Below are positions 9,195-17,389 of a stretch of 56,454 nt of DNA, one piece after another. Source of the stretch: a virus (Duplodnaviria > Caudoviricetes); the IMG/VR virus record IMGVR_UViG_3300020477_000030, positions 1 to 56,454 of that record; one strand, written 5' to 3'. The stretch's first letter is position 1. Each line of letters starts with the position of its first letter. The notes under the pieces are model-generated. The model worked only from the letters and a program-made list of their open reading frames with translations, had not been told where the DNA came from and did not search any database. The position numbers and the translations under genes were made by a program.

Positions 9195-10097
9195 CTATAA
9201 AGTTTCTAACTCTTTCCACATTTTGTGATTCAACATCTTCTTAACTTGATCTTCTCTTGTTACCTTAGTTGTATGTGCTTTCGATCCCTCCTTTCCACCA
9301 TATTCTGGATGACTAGACCAGTATGTAGCTGCCTGGTATGCAGTCCATAAGGTTCCTTCATTACGTTGGGCATACTTCTCATACCTGCCTTGACCCAACA
9401 GATAACGATTCTCTTCATCGAATATCTTCATAAGATTAGATAGTTTCTTCTTGTTGGCTACCTGCTCACGCTTAACATTATCCTGACGATGGGCAAGCGT
9501 TTCTGTGAACAGATCAATAGCAGTATCACGTTTGATAGGTGTGTTATACCATTTCCGCATCTTCTCCATACCATCTCCTGCTATATATTCTACAGCGGTC
9601 CTCGCTTTAGCAGCAAACTTAGGAACAGAGAAATTCTTAGTATGCTTTCCATAAACATATGATAAAGCATTTCCTGATAGTAAAGAATTTAAACAAATAA
9701 AACGAAAGTACCCTAGATAACCTACATTAGATGTAGAACCATCGTGACTTGTTCTAAATATAAATTGAGGACAGATCATATCTCCTTCCAACATTACGTT
9801 ACTGGTTGTATTTATATTCATAGGATGATCATGAAACTTAGCAACAAGCTCTAGCTTGGCTCCATTATCATACACATTTGTTTGAAATTCTGCATTAGAT
9901 AAGTCTAAGCCTGACTGTGACAAAACTTCTTCCACTGCATCTGTAATTTCTAGATACTGTAGAGGTTCATACTTCTGGCTTACAATAGCAAGCGTCTCCC
10001 CTGTATCTACTCGACGCAGTCCTACTCCAATGTCAGAGGGTACGCCGTACAACGGGAACTTCTCTACCTGGAAATTTACTACATCATGATTAAACAT
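9195..10097 (-). CDS. DUF932/DUF945 family protein (start MFNHD at 10097)
   Basis: LAIVSQKY, TSHDGS, FRFICLN, KHT, GTLWTAYQAAT motifs; AGGAG RBS. Confidence 0.85.
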   Translation of the reverse strand: MFNHDVVNFQVEKFPLYGVPSDIGVGLRRVDTGETLAIVSQKYEPLQYLEITDAVEEVLSQSGLDLSNAEFQTNVYDNGAKLELVAKFHDHPMNINTTSNVMLEGDMICPQFIFRTSHDGSTSNVGYLGYFRFICLNSLLSGNALSYVYGKHTKNFSVPKFAAKARTAVEYIAGDGMEKMRKWYNTPIKRDTAIDLFTETLAHRQDNVKREQVANKKKLSNLMKIFDEENRYLLGQGRYEKYAQRNEGTLWTAYQAATYWSSHPEYGGKEGSKAHTTKVTREDQVKKMLNHKMWKELETL

Positions 10098-10290
10098 CCG
10101 TTTTCTCCTTGATAAAGTTGTGCCATTCATGGTCATTTTTATACAGTTTAACAGGGTTTGTCCAAAAGAGTGGTGGCATTACATCCCATTTTAATTGGGC
10201 ATGCTCCCTCCACTTCATGTAGTCAGATGTATTGATAACGGTCTTTGATTTAGGCATATCTATTATGATCCTATTCATCCTGCACGTCAT
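10090..10290 (-). CDS. hypothetical protein
   Basis: GGAGG RBS; packed ORF. Confidence 0.5.
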   Translation of the reverse strand: MTCRMNRIIIDMPKSKTVINTSDYMKWREHAQLKWDVMPPLFWTNPVKLYKNDHEWHNFIKEKTDV

Positions 10291-10450
10291 GTCTTTCCTC
10301 CTTCTCTAGCAGAGAAAGAGACTCGCTTGCTAATTTAATTAGCAATTGCAAGTCTTTCTTTTCATAGATAGGTACATACCCATCCATATGGGAGTCACTC
10401 ACATAAATGAAGTGACTTTTTTCTGCTGGTGACTTTTCTATTTTAGCCAT
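10271..10450 (-). CDS. hypothetical protein, 59 aa (not in ORF track)
   Basis: GGAG RBS; MAKIEKSPAEKSHFIYVSD...HDVQDE. Confidence 0.55.
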   Translation of the reverse strand: MAKIEKSPAEKSHFIYVSDSHMDGYVPIYEKKDLQLLIKLASESLSLLEKEERHDVQDE

Positions 10451-10616
10451 TTCGTTTACTCTCCACGTTAGTAATTACCCATCGCTTTGGTTGCCAATGG
10501 ATAATGGTTTTGTTCTTAACCTTGCTCGTATGAGCAGGGCCGTCATCAACTAAAGCCCAGGTTACAATAGATTTATCAACAGGCCTATAAGTTTTCTCTT
10601 GCTTGTAAATTTTCAT
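10443..10616 (-). CDS. hypothetical protein, 57 aa (not in ORF track)
   Basis: AAAGGA RBS; MKIYKQEKTYRPVDK...ESKRNG. Confidence 0.55.
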   Translation of the reverse strand: MKIYKQEKTYRPVDKSIVTWALVDDGPAHTSKVKNKTIIHWQPKRWVITNVESKRNG

Positions 10617-10695
10617 TACTTAGTCCTTTCTATATGCTTAACTGTTATAAAAATTATAACAGCTATTGCTATCCATAAACATAGTATTGCTTCTA

Positions 10696-10821
10696 TCAAA
10701 CCCCCCATGTTTCCATCTCTTCATATGCTTTATTAATAGCTTCTAGTTCTGTCATTCCCTCCTCAAGTAGTTCATCTACTCTAGATTCAAGCCAGCTTAG
10801 TACTCGCAAGTCTAGACTCAT
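10696..10821 (-). CDS. hypothetical acidic protein (likely start MSLDL)
   Basis: ATGA coupling with the upstream ORF; AGGAG RBS. Confidence 0.55.
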   Translation of the reverse strand: MSLDLRVLSWLESRVDELLEEGMTELEAINKAYEEMETWGV

Positions 10822-11000
10822 GATAGCATCTCCTTCCAATAAAAGTAATAAACACGGGCTTTCTCTTCTGGATACATGTCTTCCCATGCTTTGTCGTCTA
10901 CATGCCACCAATAAGCCAATGGTTTTAATTTATTTAGCTTTCTAATGGCTTTGTACCAAACCTGTATGTCTTTGTCTGCCTGCTTTTCAAAGTCAGTCAT
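10818..11000 (-). CDS. hypothetical protein
   Basis: ATGA coupling, AGGAG RBS. Confidence 0.6.
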   Translation of the reverse strand: MTDFEKQADKDIQVWYKAIRKLNKLKPLAYWWHVDDKAWEDMYPEEKARVYYFYWKEMLS

Positions 11001-11272
11001 TCTTCTTCTCCTTTTCTGTGCAGCGTGTCGATGTATTTCTTAGCAGCCTGAATGCCAACGATATAATCATCCGCATCGTTTGGCGCAGGGTAATATACAA
11101 TCTCCCATCCGTCTTTAGTTTTCACGGCGATTTCTTCAACTTGCATATCACGATCAGTTGTTGTTTGAGGGTCATATGCTTGACCACGTACCGCATAATG
11201 TTGCGCTATAGAAATTTCATAACCCATGTACGAAAGTCGGATATTGTTCATATCGTATTCAAGTTTAGTCAT
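10997..11272 (-). CDS. hypothetical early protein (likely start MTKLEY)
   Basis: Purine-rich RBS region; trimmed from track ORF. Confidence 0.6.
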   Translation of the reverse strand: MTKLEYDMNNIRLSYMGYEISIAQHYAVRGQAYDPQTTTDRDMQVEEIAVKTKDGWEIVYYPAPNDADDYIVGIQAAKKYIDTLHRKGEEE

Positions 11273-11460
11273 TTCTCTTTTCTCTCTCTCTAGTTGCACA
11301 TGAAAAAAGAGGACAAGTTTTCCCAATGAGAAAAAGTCATCCTCTCCTTTTATGTTAAACCGCTAGAACAAAAAGTTTGTAAACAAGTATGCTTATTATA
11401 AGCGTAATGGCGATAGCTCCTACCCAATTTATCGCCAGCCTTTTATCGGATTTAGTAGGG

Positions 11461-11889
11461 TTATGACGCATTTTCTTTTCTCCTTCTGATGTTACTCACT
11501 TGCTTGCGACAGAACCTAGCCTTCTGCTTGTCTGTCATTGTTGCCCACTTCTCAGCGGTCATTTCTTTATCCATTATTATTCTACGGGCGCTACTTGCTA
11601 CCTTCCTATTGTAGGCAATGCCCCTCGATTTTCCTGTACATGGGCGCGGGTTCCTAGTGTTCGCAGTACCTGCATACAGTTCCCCACGCTTATCCACATC
11701 AGCCGCGCCATTGCTCAATTCCAGGCGCTTCTTTTCCTCTGTGGAATTGCCTGAAAGAATAGCAACGGCTTGCTGCTTCTCATCATTAAGTGAAGCGCAA
11801 ACTGTGATTGGCTCACGCTTCCTGTCGGCAACGATTGACCCATGCGGCTTGCTTAGGTCATACGCCACCTTGTGATATGTATATGTCAT
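11461..11889 (-). CDS. hypothetical early protein
   Basis: GAGG RBS; GC-richer than the genome average. Confidence 0.6.
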   Translation of the reverse strand: MTYTYHKVAYDLSKPHGSIVADRKREPITVCASLNDEKQQAVAILSGNSTEEKKRLELSNGAADVDKRGELYAGTANTRNPRPCTGKSRGIAYNRKVASSARRIIMDKEMTAEKWATMTDKQKARFCRKQVSNIRRRKENAS

Positions 11890-11893
11890 CTAC

Positions 11894-11912
11894 TTTTCCT
11901 CATTGCGGAAAA
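11894..11912. repeat. 19-nt hairpin element A, copy 1 (copy 2 at 12623..12641)
   Basis: ttttcctcattgcggaaaa vs ttttcctcactgcggaaaa, 1 mismatch, same orientation. Confidence 0.85.
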
Positions 11913-11918
11913 CTATCG

Positions 11919-11946
11919 TGACATTGTGAATATTCGATTATCGCAA
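11919..11946. repeat. 28-nt inverted repeat B, arm 1 (arm 2 at 12688..12715)
   Basis: tgacattgtgaatattcgattatcgcaa vs the reverse complement of 12688..12715, tgacattgtgaatattcgattaccgcaa; 1 mismatch. Confidence 0.9.
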
Positions 11947-11990
11947 ACAGTAAAAGCCCCTAGCACGCTTTCACATGCTAGGGGCTTTCA
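11945..11990 (-). terminator. rho-independent terminator after the first early gene
   Basis: aaagcccctagca / tgctaggggcttt 13-bp stem, followed on the minus strand by TACTGTTT; lies directly after the stop at 11992. Confidence 0.8.
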
Positions 11991-11991
11991 A

Positions 11992-12588
11992 CTATGCCGC
12001 TTGTTTTACTGGCTCTGATCGTTTGGCTAATGCCGCAATCGCTTTCCCTTGTTCACAATGCGCGTGGAGAAGCGCGTCTAAAAGCTTTTGGCTGGCACTT
12101 TCAGTTCTAGTGATCGTCTCGGTTAACTTATCAACCTTGACGTATAACGGATCACCCTTTTTCTGAGGGGCTAACGCCAGTAGTTTAGAGCTTGTTAAAC
12201 CATTTGCGGCGAAGGCCTCAATCAGGTTTGACGCTGTACGCTCTTGCTTGGGATTGGCGTCGAAATGTCCGTTGACAAAAGCCCAGAACTTTTTGGCTTT
12301 CATTACTGTGCGTACGCGATCACGTGTAGACTTTGACACCTTAGCCGTTTCCATCGCTTTAGCTTGCGCCTTCGCGACCTTGCTATTGTTTTTGAAGAAG
12401 GCCTTGAAGAAATCAGCTTGCGCTACTTTGCGCGTCTTAGCGTCGGCCAGTTCGCACAAAGTGTTCGACGCTATCAAAGCAATCGCGCCAATGGTCATGT
12501 TTTCGGTTGCTTTGGTTGCTTCCGCTTCCATGCCAGAAATAACTTCACACGATTGAGACAAGGTGTAGATTTTATTTTCGATAGTCAT
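11992..12588 (-). CDS. first early gene, Ala/Lys-rich helical hypothetical protein (start MTIENK, 198 aa)
   Basis: AGGA RBS before the ATG at 12588; visibly higher GC than the rest of the genome; the track's upstream extension runs through structured leader sequence. Confidence 0.75.
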   Translation of the reverse strand: MTIENKIYTLSQSCEVISGMEAEATKATENMTIGAIALIASNTLCELADAKTRKVAQADFFKAFFKNNSKVAKAQAKAMETAKVSKSTRDRVRTVMKAKKFWAFVNGHFDANPKQERTASNLIEAFAANGLTSSKLLALAPQKKGDPLYVKVDKLTETITRTESASQKLLDALLHAHCEQGKAIAALAKRSEPVKQAA

Positions 12589-12787
12589 GATATTGATTTC
12601 CTGATTTTGAATTGCGCCTAAGTTTTCCTCACTGCGGAAAAGTCCGAAGCGAGTAGGCATGGGAGGTCGACGCTTGGCCTCCGAGCCTTGCGGTAATCGA
12701 ATATTCACAATGTCAAAAAACGGTAACTGGAGGCGGCTTTTACACCAATAAAGAGTAGACAGTACATGCGACACAATGTCGCAGGTT

Positions 12788-12800
12788 TAAGTCATTGATA
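12788..12800 (-). promoter_or_regulatory. IHF consensus site
   Basis: taagtcattgata matches the reverse complement of WATCAANNNNTTR. Confidence 0.5.
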
Positions 12801-12966
12801 TCATTGGATAATGTCTCGATTTTGACCAGGTGGTAGAGTTAAGGATTAGGCTGTTTTTAGGCTGTTTTAACATAAATGACGATTATCTCAGCTCATTTAA
12901 AAAATAAAAAGTATAACGAAAACAATAGCTTATAAGGTATTTTAGAATGGTTCTAAAAATAGGATA

Positions 12967-12979
12967 TAACTTATTGATA
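12967..12979 (-). promoter_or_regulatory. IHF consensus site
   Basis: taacttattgata matches the reverse complement of WATCAANNNNTTR; shares attgatatcatt with the 12788 site. Confidence 0.5.
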
Positions 12980-13280
12980 TCATTATAGAAAAAAATCATC
13001 ATTTGAGCCTGGAAGTAATAAGAAAAACGGCAGAAAACAAAGAGAAAGTAAAGACAAGTAAAGACAAGTGACGATTTACTTGGCGAATACTTGAGCAATC
13101 ACTGTGAATATTTGAGAATTAAAGCTTGACAAGTAAAAATGTCGAGAAAATGAAAGGTATCTGTTATTTGGAAATGATAATGATAATGGCTATTAATTAA
13201 GAGGTGGCTCAAAAAATCTGCGCTTGCCCTCGCATATATATATGAAAGGGACTAGCATAAAATTATCAAAAATACAGGGG

Positions 13281-13309
13281 TTGACATCAGCTATAAAAAC
13301 GTGTATAAT
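13281..13309 (+). promoter_or_regulatory. perfect sigma70 consensus promoter for the terL/late arm
   Basis: TTGACA-17 nt-TATAAT. Confidence 0.85.
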
Positions 13310-13408
13310 AGTATATAGAGAAAGATAATAATCTAAAATGTTCCTTACTAGTACTATTAGTATTATTAGTACTTTTATTTTTTTTATTTTTTACCCTATA
13401 GGATACCA

Positions 13409-14953
13409 ATGGAACTAGAAACATCTACAGATAATACTATAGATAACTATATTAACTTATCAACGCTATTAAAAGCTAGAACATACACAGAAGCTCAAGA
13501 TGATTTTCTTACTTTTGTTAGACTTGTGGCTCCTTCACTTGTTTCCGATTGGAAAATGGGAAAACATATAGAAGTAATATCAAATAAGTTAGATGATCTT
13601 GAGAATGGTCACATAAAAAGACTCATGGTTTTCCTACCACCTCGCTCATCCAAGTCTGTTTTATGTTCTAAGTTGTTTCCTGCTTGGTATATTGGTAGGA
13701 ATCCTGAACATGAGATCATGACAGTCTCTCACTCTGATCAGTTAGCCAGTGATTTTGGACGTTCAGTCAGGGATATTGTTACTACAGAGCAATTCCAGGA
13801 CATATTCAGGGGTGTTACCTTACGAAGTGATGTTAGGGCAGCAGGTAAATGGAAAACAAACCATAATGGAACCTATTATGCTGCTGGTGTTCGCTCACAG
13901 ATTGCAGGTCGTGGTGCTCACATAGCTATCTTAGACGATGTTATGTCAGAAGAAGATTCATATTCAGAAGCAGGTAGGAGATATGTTAAAGAATGGTATC
14001 CTGCTGGTCTAAGAACACGTATTATGCCCAATGGTGCTATTCTGATTATTAATACAAGGTATCATTTTGATGATCTTTGTGGATGGCTCTTGAAACAACA
14101 AGAAGAAATGTCAGAATACGATACACTTCCTTGGGATGTTGTTCGTATTCCTGCTTGGTTAGATGAGGAAGCAGCAGAACTTCTTGATTTACCAGAAGGA
14201 GGCTCATACTTTCCAGAATGGAAACCAGATGAAGTACTGGCTATAGATGAAGCAGAGATCAAAGCATCTAATGGTTCTCGTTACTGGAACTCTCTGTACA
14301 TGCAAGATCCAACACCAGAAGAAGGTGGATTAATAAAAAAGAAATGGATACAGGAATGGGAATATGATGAACCTCCTGTGTGTGATTTTATAATTCAAAC
14401 ATACGATACTGCTTTTTCTACCAGGACAACTGCTGACTTTAGTGTTATACAAACATGGGGAATATTTTCTCTGTATGAACAGAATGAAATGGGTATAGAA
14501 GACTTTGCTCCTAACCTAATTCTTCTGGGGAATGTCAGAGGAAGGTTTGAATATCCTGAACTACGAAGAACAGCACAGATGCTGTACACTAAACACAGGC
14601 CAGATGTATGCATCATAGAAAAGAAAGCCAGTGGGCAGTCTCTGATACAGGATATGAGGCGTAGTGGATTACCAGTAAAGGATTATTTACCTGACAGAGA
14701 CAAGGTAGCCAGAGCATATGCAGCATCTCCTATCATGGAAGCAGGTAGAGTATGGATTCCCAAGAATAAAAAGTGGGCAGATGAGTTAATAGAAGAACTT
14801 GCCAGATTTCCACATGCTGCTCATGATGATCAGGTAGATGCCTTGGTCATGGCAATTCATTATCTCAAGGAATCCTGGCATGTTACACATCCTGACGATC
14901 CAGACTGGGAAGAAGAAATAAGACATAAGAGGGTTGCATATTGGAAAGTTTAA
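13409..14953 (+). CDS. terL: terminase large subunit
   Basis: PPRSSKS Walker A variant, AILDD Walker B, TYDTAF, IEKKASG, HDDQVDA nuclease motif. Confidence 0.96.
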   Translation: MELETSTDNTIDNYINLSTLLKARTYTEAQDDFLTFVRLVAPSLVSDWKMGKHIEVISNKLDDLENGHIKRLMVFLPPRSSKSVLCSKLFPAWYIGRNPEHEIMTVSHSDQLASDFGRSVRDIVTTEQFQDIFRGVTLRSDVRAAGKWKTNHNGTYYAAGVRSQIAGRGAHIAILDDVMSEEDSYSEAGRRYVKEWYPAGLRTRIMPNGAILIINTRYHFDDLCGWLLKQQEEMSEYDTLPWDVVRIPAWLDEEAAELLDLPEGGSYFPEWKPDEVLAIDEAEIKASNGSRYWNSLYMQDPTPEEGGLIKKKWIQEWEYDEPPVCDFIIQTYDTAFSTRTTADFSVIQTWGIFSLYEQNEMGIEDFAPNLILLGNVRGRFEYPELRRTAQMLYTKHRPDVCIIEKKASGQSLIQDMRRSGLPVKDYLPDRDKVARAYAASPIMEAGRVWIPKNKKWADELIEELARFPHAAHDDQVDALVMAIHYLKESWHVTHPDDPDWEEEIRHKRVAYWKV

Positions 14954-14962
14954 TGGTATAAT
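14934..14962 (+). promoter_or_regulatory. sigma70-type promoter
   Basis: TTGCAT-17 nt-TATAAT with extended TG. Confidence 0.7.
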
Positions 14963-14994
14963 AGAGTATGGTAGAATTTTAATGAGTATAACCT

Positions 14995-15771
14995 ATGGCA
15001 AAGAAAAAGAAAAAATTAGCACCAAGACCAAAACCTAAACCAAAAGCTAAACCTGTTGATACTAGCATAGGGGATAATGAATTTATTGCAGATTTATTAA
15101 AATCTCCCATGATGAAAAATAATCCTTTAGCTAAACTAGGATTATATGGTTTGTTACCAGAAGAGCGTACTCCTCTACCAGTTGAGGCATATGATGAACC
15201 AACAAATGTAGGAGGATTTTATGTAATAAAATCTAGCGGTAAACCAAGGAAATTTAAATATGGAGCAGATGTTAAAGAAAAAGGTATGGTAGCAATAAGA
15301 AGTAAAGATGGAGATATTGAATACAGATATCCGCAAGATGTAGAACGAATGCTTATAGAAGATAAAACTTATTTAAATGTAAATCCGCTAACAAACGAGT
15401 TTTTTGCTAGAAAATTGGATAAAATGAAAGAAGTTCCAGAAGGAACAATATCTAAACTTGATTCTCAAATAAATACTATAATTCATGAATTAATGCATAG
15501 AGGATTTAAAAAAGTTCCTGCATTAAAAGATGTTAGTGGAAGACAACAACATAGATATATAAAAGAAAAAGAAAAAGTAGCTTATTCACCACGTTATCAA
15601 AATAATATATTAAGAGAAATATATGAAGAAGAATTAGCAAAAGACCCTAATATTTCTAGATATATTAAAGAACATATGCCTGAACTAAAATACACTCCAA
15701 AAGGATATAAAGAAAAAGAAAAAGAATCTGACGGAATACTAAAAAAATTTTTTATGTTATTAGGTAAATAA
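14995..15771 (+). CDS. putative zincin-like metallopeptidase (HExxH)
   Basis: TIIHELMHRG motif; basic Pro-rich N-terminus APRPKPKPK. Confidence 0.55.
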   Translation: MAKKKKKLAPRPKPKPKAKPVDTSIGDNEFIADLLKSPMMKNNPLAKLGLYGLLPEERTPLPVEAYDEPTNVGGFYVIKSSGKPRKFKYGADVKEKGMVAIRSKDGDIEYRYPQDVERMLIEDKTYLNVNPLTNEFFARKLDKMKEVPEGTISKLDSQINTIIHELMHRGFKKVPALKDVSGRQQHRYIKEKEKVAYSPRYQNNILREIYEEELAKDPNISRYIKEHMPELKYTPKGYKEKEKESDGILKKFFMLLGK

Positions 15772-15866
15772 ATGATAGAATTTTTAAACACATTACTGCA
15801 AAGTTATTATCTATATCATATAGATAAGATGACAATGGGATTTATATGTTAGAGGAGAAATAAAAA

Positions 15867-17126
15867 ATGTCTGAAGAATTTTTAGGTATACCAGATTTAG
15901 AAGTTATTGCTGATCCTGCTAGTCAAGGACTCTCCTCTTTAAATGTTGGACAAGAATTTGGTCAACCTCTTATTCCTGTTCCCCAATTCGAGCGACCTGA
16001 AGATTTTAGGGATTTCGTATCCCAGAACAGATTATTTGGCGGACCTGAGTTTGGACCTAATGATACACGCCTAGAGCAGCGAGGGGATCAATCAGTATTG
16101 GTTGATTCTGTAACAGGAGAACCTATTCTTGATCGATTTTCTAATTTCGCAATACCTAATGATGTACTCCTAGAGCAATCTCGCATTTTGCGTGACAATC
16201 CAGAATTTGGTCAAGGTCGTACTCCTATTATTGATCCTGTAACAGGAGAACCTGTTGGTCTTGTTCCCTTTGCTCCTATTATTTCTCCTGATTTATTTAA
16301 TGAAGATAGTTTTGAAAGTCAAGTTAATACGGCACTTGCTAATCAAGAATTTCAAGAAGTACCAAAAACAAGAAGCGAAATAGAAGCAGGACTAAGAGCT
16401 TTACAACAAGGAGCAGCTTCAATTAATCAATTTAGGCCACAACCAATTCCTGCGGGTGAATTACAACGTCAGGTTACTCAACAACCATCTGATGTAATAT
16501 TTGGAGGAGAGGATACTTCAGATTTTTTAATAGGAGGTGGAAGTAATGAGTTCGGAAGGACACCGACAATTGGACTATCTTCTGATTTTGATGCTATAAA
16601 TAGACGTATACAAAGTGAAGTTAGAGGTGAAAGACCCCCTCAACCACAAGAGATAATTAGAGAAGAAGCACCTAGAGAAGAAGCACCAACTCCAAGTTTT
16701 TTACGACAACTAATGGAGCAGTTTTTTAGAAATATTTTTCCAGGTCGGAAAGAAGAAGAACGAGCGGGTCTCCCATCTTTGTTCATATCTGAAGCTATGG
16801 CAGGTGAACTCCCAAAGCGAATACCTACAGAGCTACTCGCAAATCGAATACCTACAGGGCTAACTGGAATAACTACTTCTTATCCAGCCACACAAAAGAC
16901 TATACAAAATCTTACTAGGGGTAGGCCAGTATCCAGAAGAGAAAATTTAACTCCTCAAGAACAAGCAAGAGCAAGAAGGATAGAAAAAAGACGTAATGAT
17001 CCTGCATTACAGGCTGCTAGAGAAAGATTTTTAAGAGAGAACCGTTACCAAAAGAAAAAAGGTGGTCAAGTTTTAAAAGGTAGAGCTATGCGTAGTACAA
17101 ATTATAATCATCAAAAATTTATTTAA
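15867..17126 (+). CDS. hypothetical, probable internal virion protein
   Basis: GAGGAG RBS; low complexity, D(P/S)VTGE repeats, C-terminal YQKKKGGQV. Confidence 0.7.
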   Translation: MSEEFLGIPDLEVIADPASQGLSSLNVGQEFGQPLIPVPQFERPEDFRDFVSQNRLFGGPEFGPNDTRLEQRGDQSVLVDSVTGEPILDRFSNFAIPNDVLLEQSRILRDNPEFGQGRTPIIDPVTGEPVGLVPFAPIISPDLFNEDSFESQVNTALANQEFQEVPKTRSEIEAGLRALQQGAASINQFRPQPIPAGELQRQVTQQPSDVIFGGEDTSDFLIGGGSNEFGRTPTIGLSSDFDAINRRIQSEVRGERPPQPQEIIREEAPREEAPTPSFLRQLMEQFFRNIFPGRKEEERAGLPSLFISEAMAGELPKRIPTELLANRIPTGLTGITTSYPATQKTIQNLTRGRPVSRRENLTPQEQARARRIEKRRNDPALQAARERFLRENRYQKKKGGQVLKGRAMRSTNYNHQKFI

Positions 17127-17142
17127 GATAAGGAATAGTATT

Positions 17143-17217
17143 ATGTGTAAATGTGAAAATTGTAAATGTGATCCATGTGAATGCAATGATAAGTCTAACG
17201 ATGTGGACCTTCGCTGA
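17143..17217 (+). CDS. metallothionein-like micro-protein, 24 aa (not in ORF track)
   Basis: TAAGGA RBS then MCKCENCKCDPCECNDKSNDVDLR*. Confidence 0.55.
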   Translation: MCKCENCKCDPCECNDKSNDVDLR

Positions 17218-17389
17218 TAAGGTAAATTATAATCTTATACGTCCTAAGTATCAGGATTATAGATGTAAGAAAAAAAAGTGTATTTGTTCCATACCAGAAA
17301 TGTGTAAAGGTAGGTGGAGGAAATATCAAAAAGATGTAATGGAACATCTAGATTTAAAATTTAAGGATACCTATAAAAATGGCAGTTGA
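17201..17389 (+). CDS. small Cys-containing protein (likely start MWTF)
   Basis: C-x4-C-x-C-x5-C; overlaps the portal start. Confidence 0.5.
   Translation: MWTFADKVNYNLIRPKYQDYRCKKKKCICSIPEMCKGRWRKYQKDVMEHLDLKFKDTYKNGS

Larger units (their letters stand above)
12590..13408. other. divergent non-coding control region, probable physical genome end/packaging region
   Basis: Longest non-coding stretch, between the two divergent arms and upstream of TerL; contains a palindrome, IHF-consensus sites and short tandem repeats. Confidence 0.6.

Noticed and set aside
11018-12621. Several plus-strand ORFs in the early region
   Set aside because: Antisense to genes with clear RBSs; expected by chance in GC-richer sequence
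12589-12774. N-terminal extension of ORF 11992..12774
   Set aside because: Runs through repeats and leader hairpins; the RBS supports the ATG at 12588
12883-13098. 71-aa F/Y-rich ORF
   Set aside because: Translation of AT-rich low-complexity control sequence, TTG start, no RBS
15772-15852. 26-codon ORF MIEFLNTLLQ...
   Set aside because: Fills the gap but has a weak RBS and no recognisable motif; cannot be supported
17153-17200. 5' part of track ORF 17153..17389
   Set aside because: GTG start too far from the RBS, which fits the ATG at 17143 in another frame
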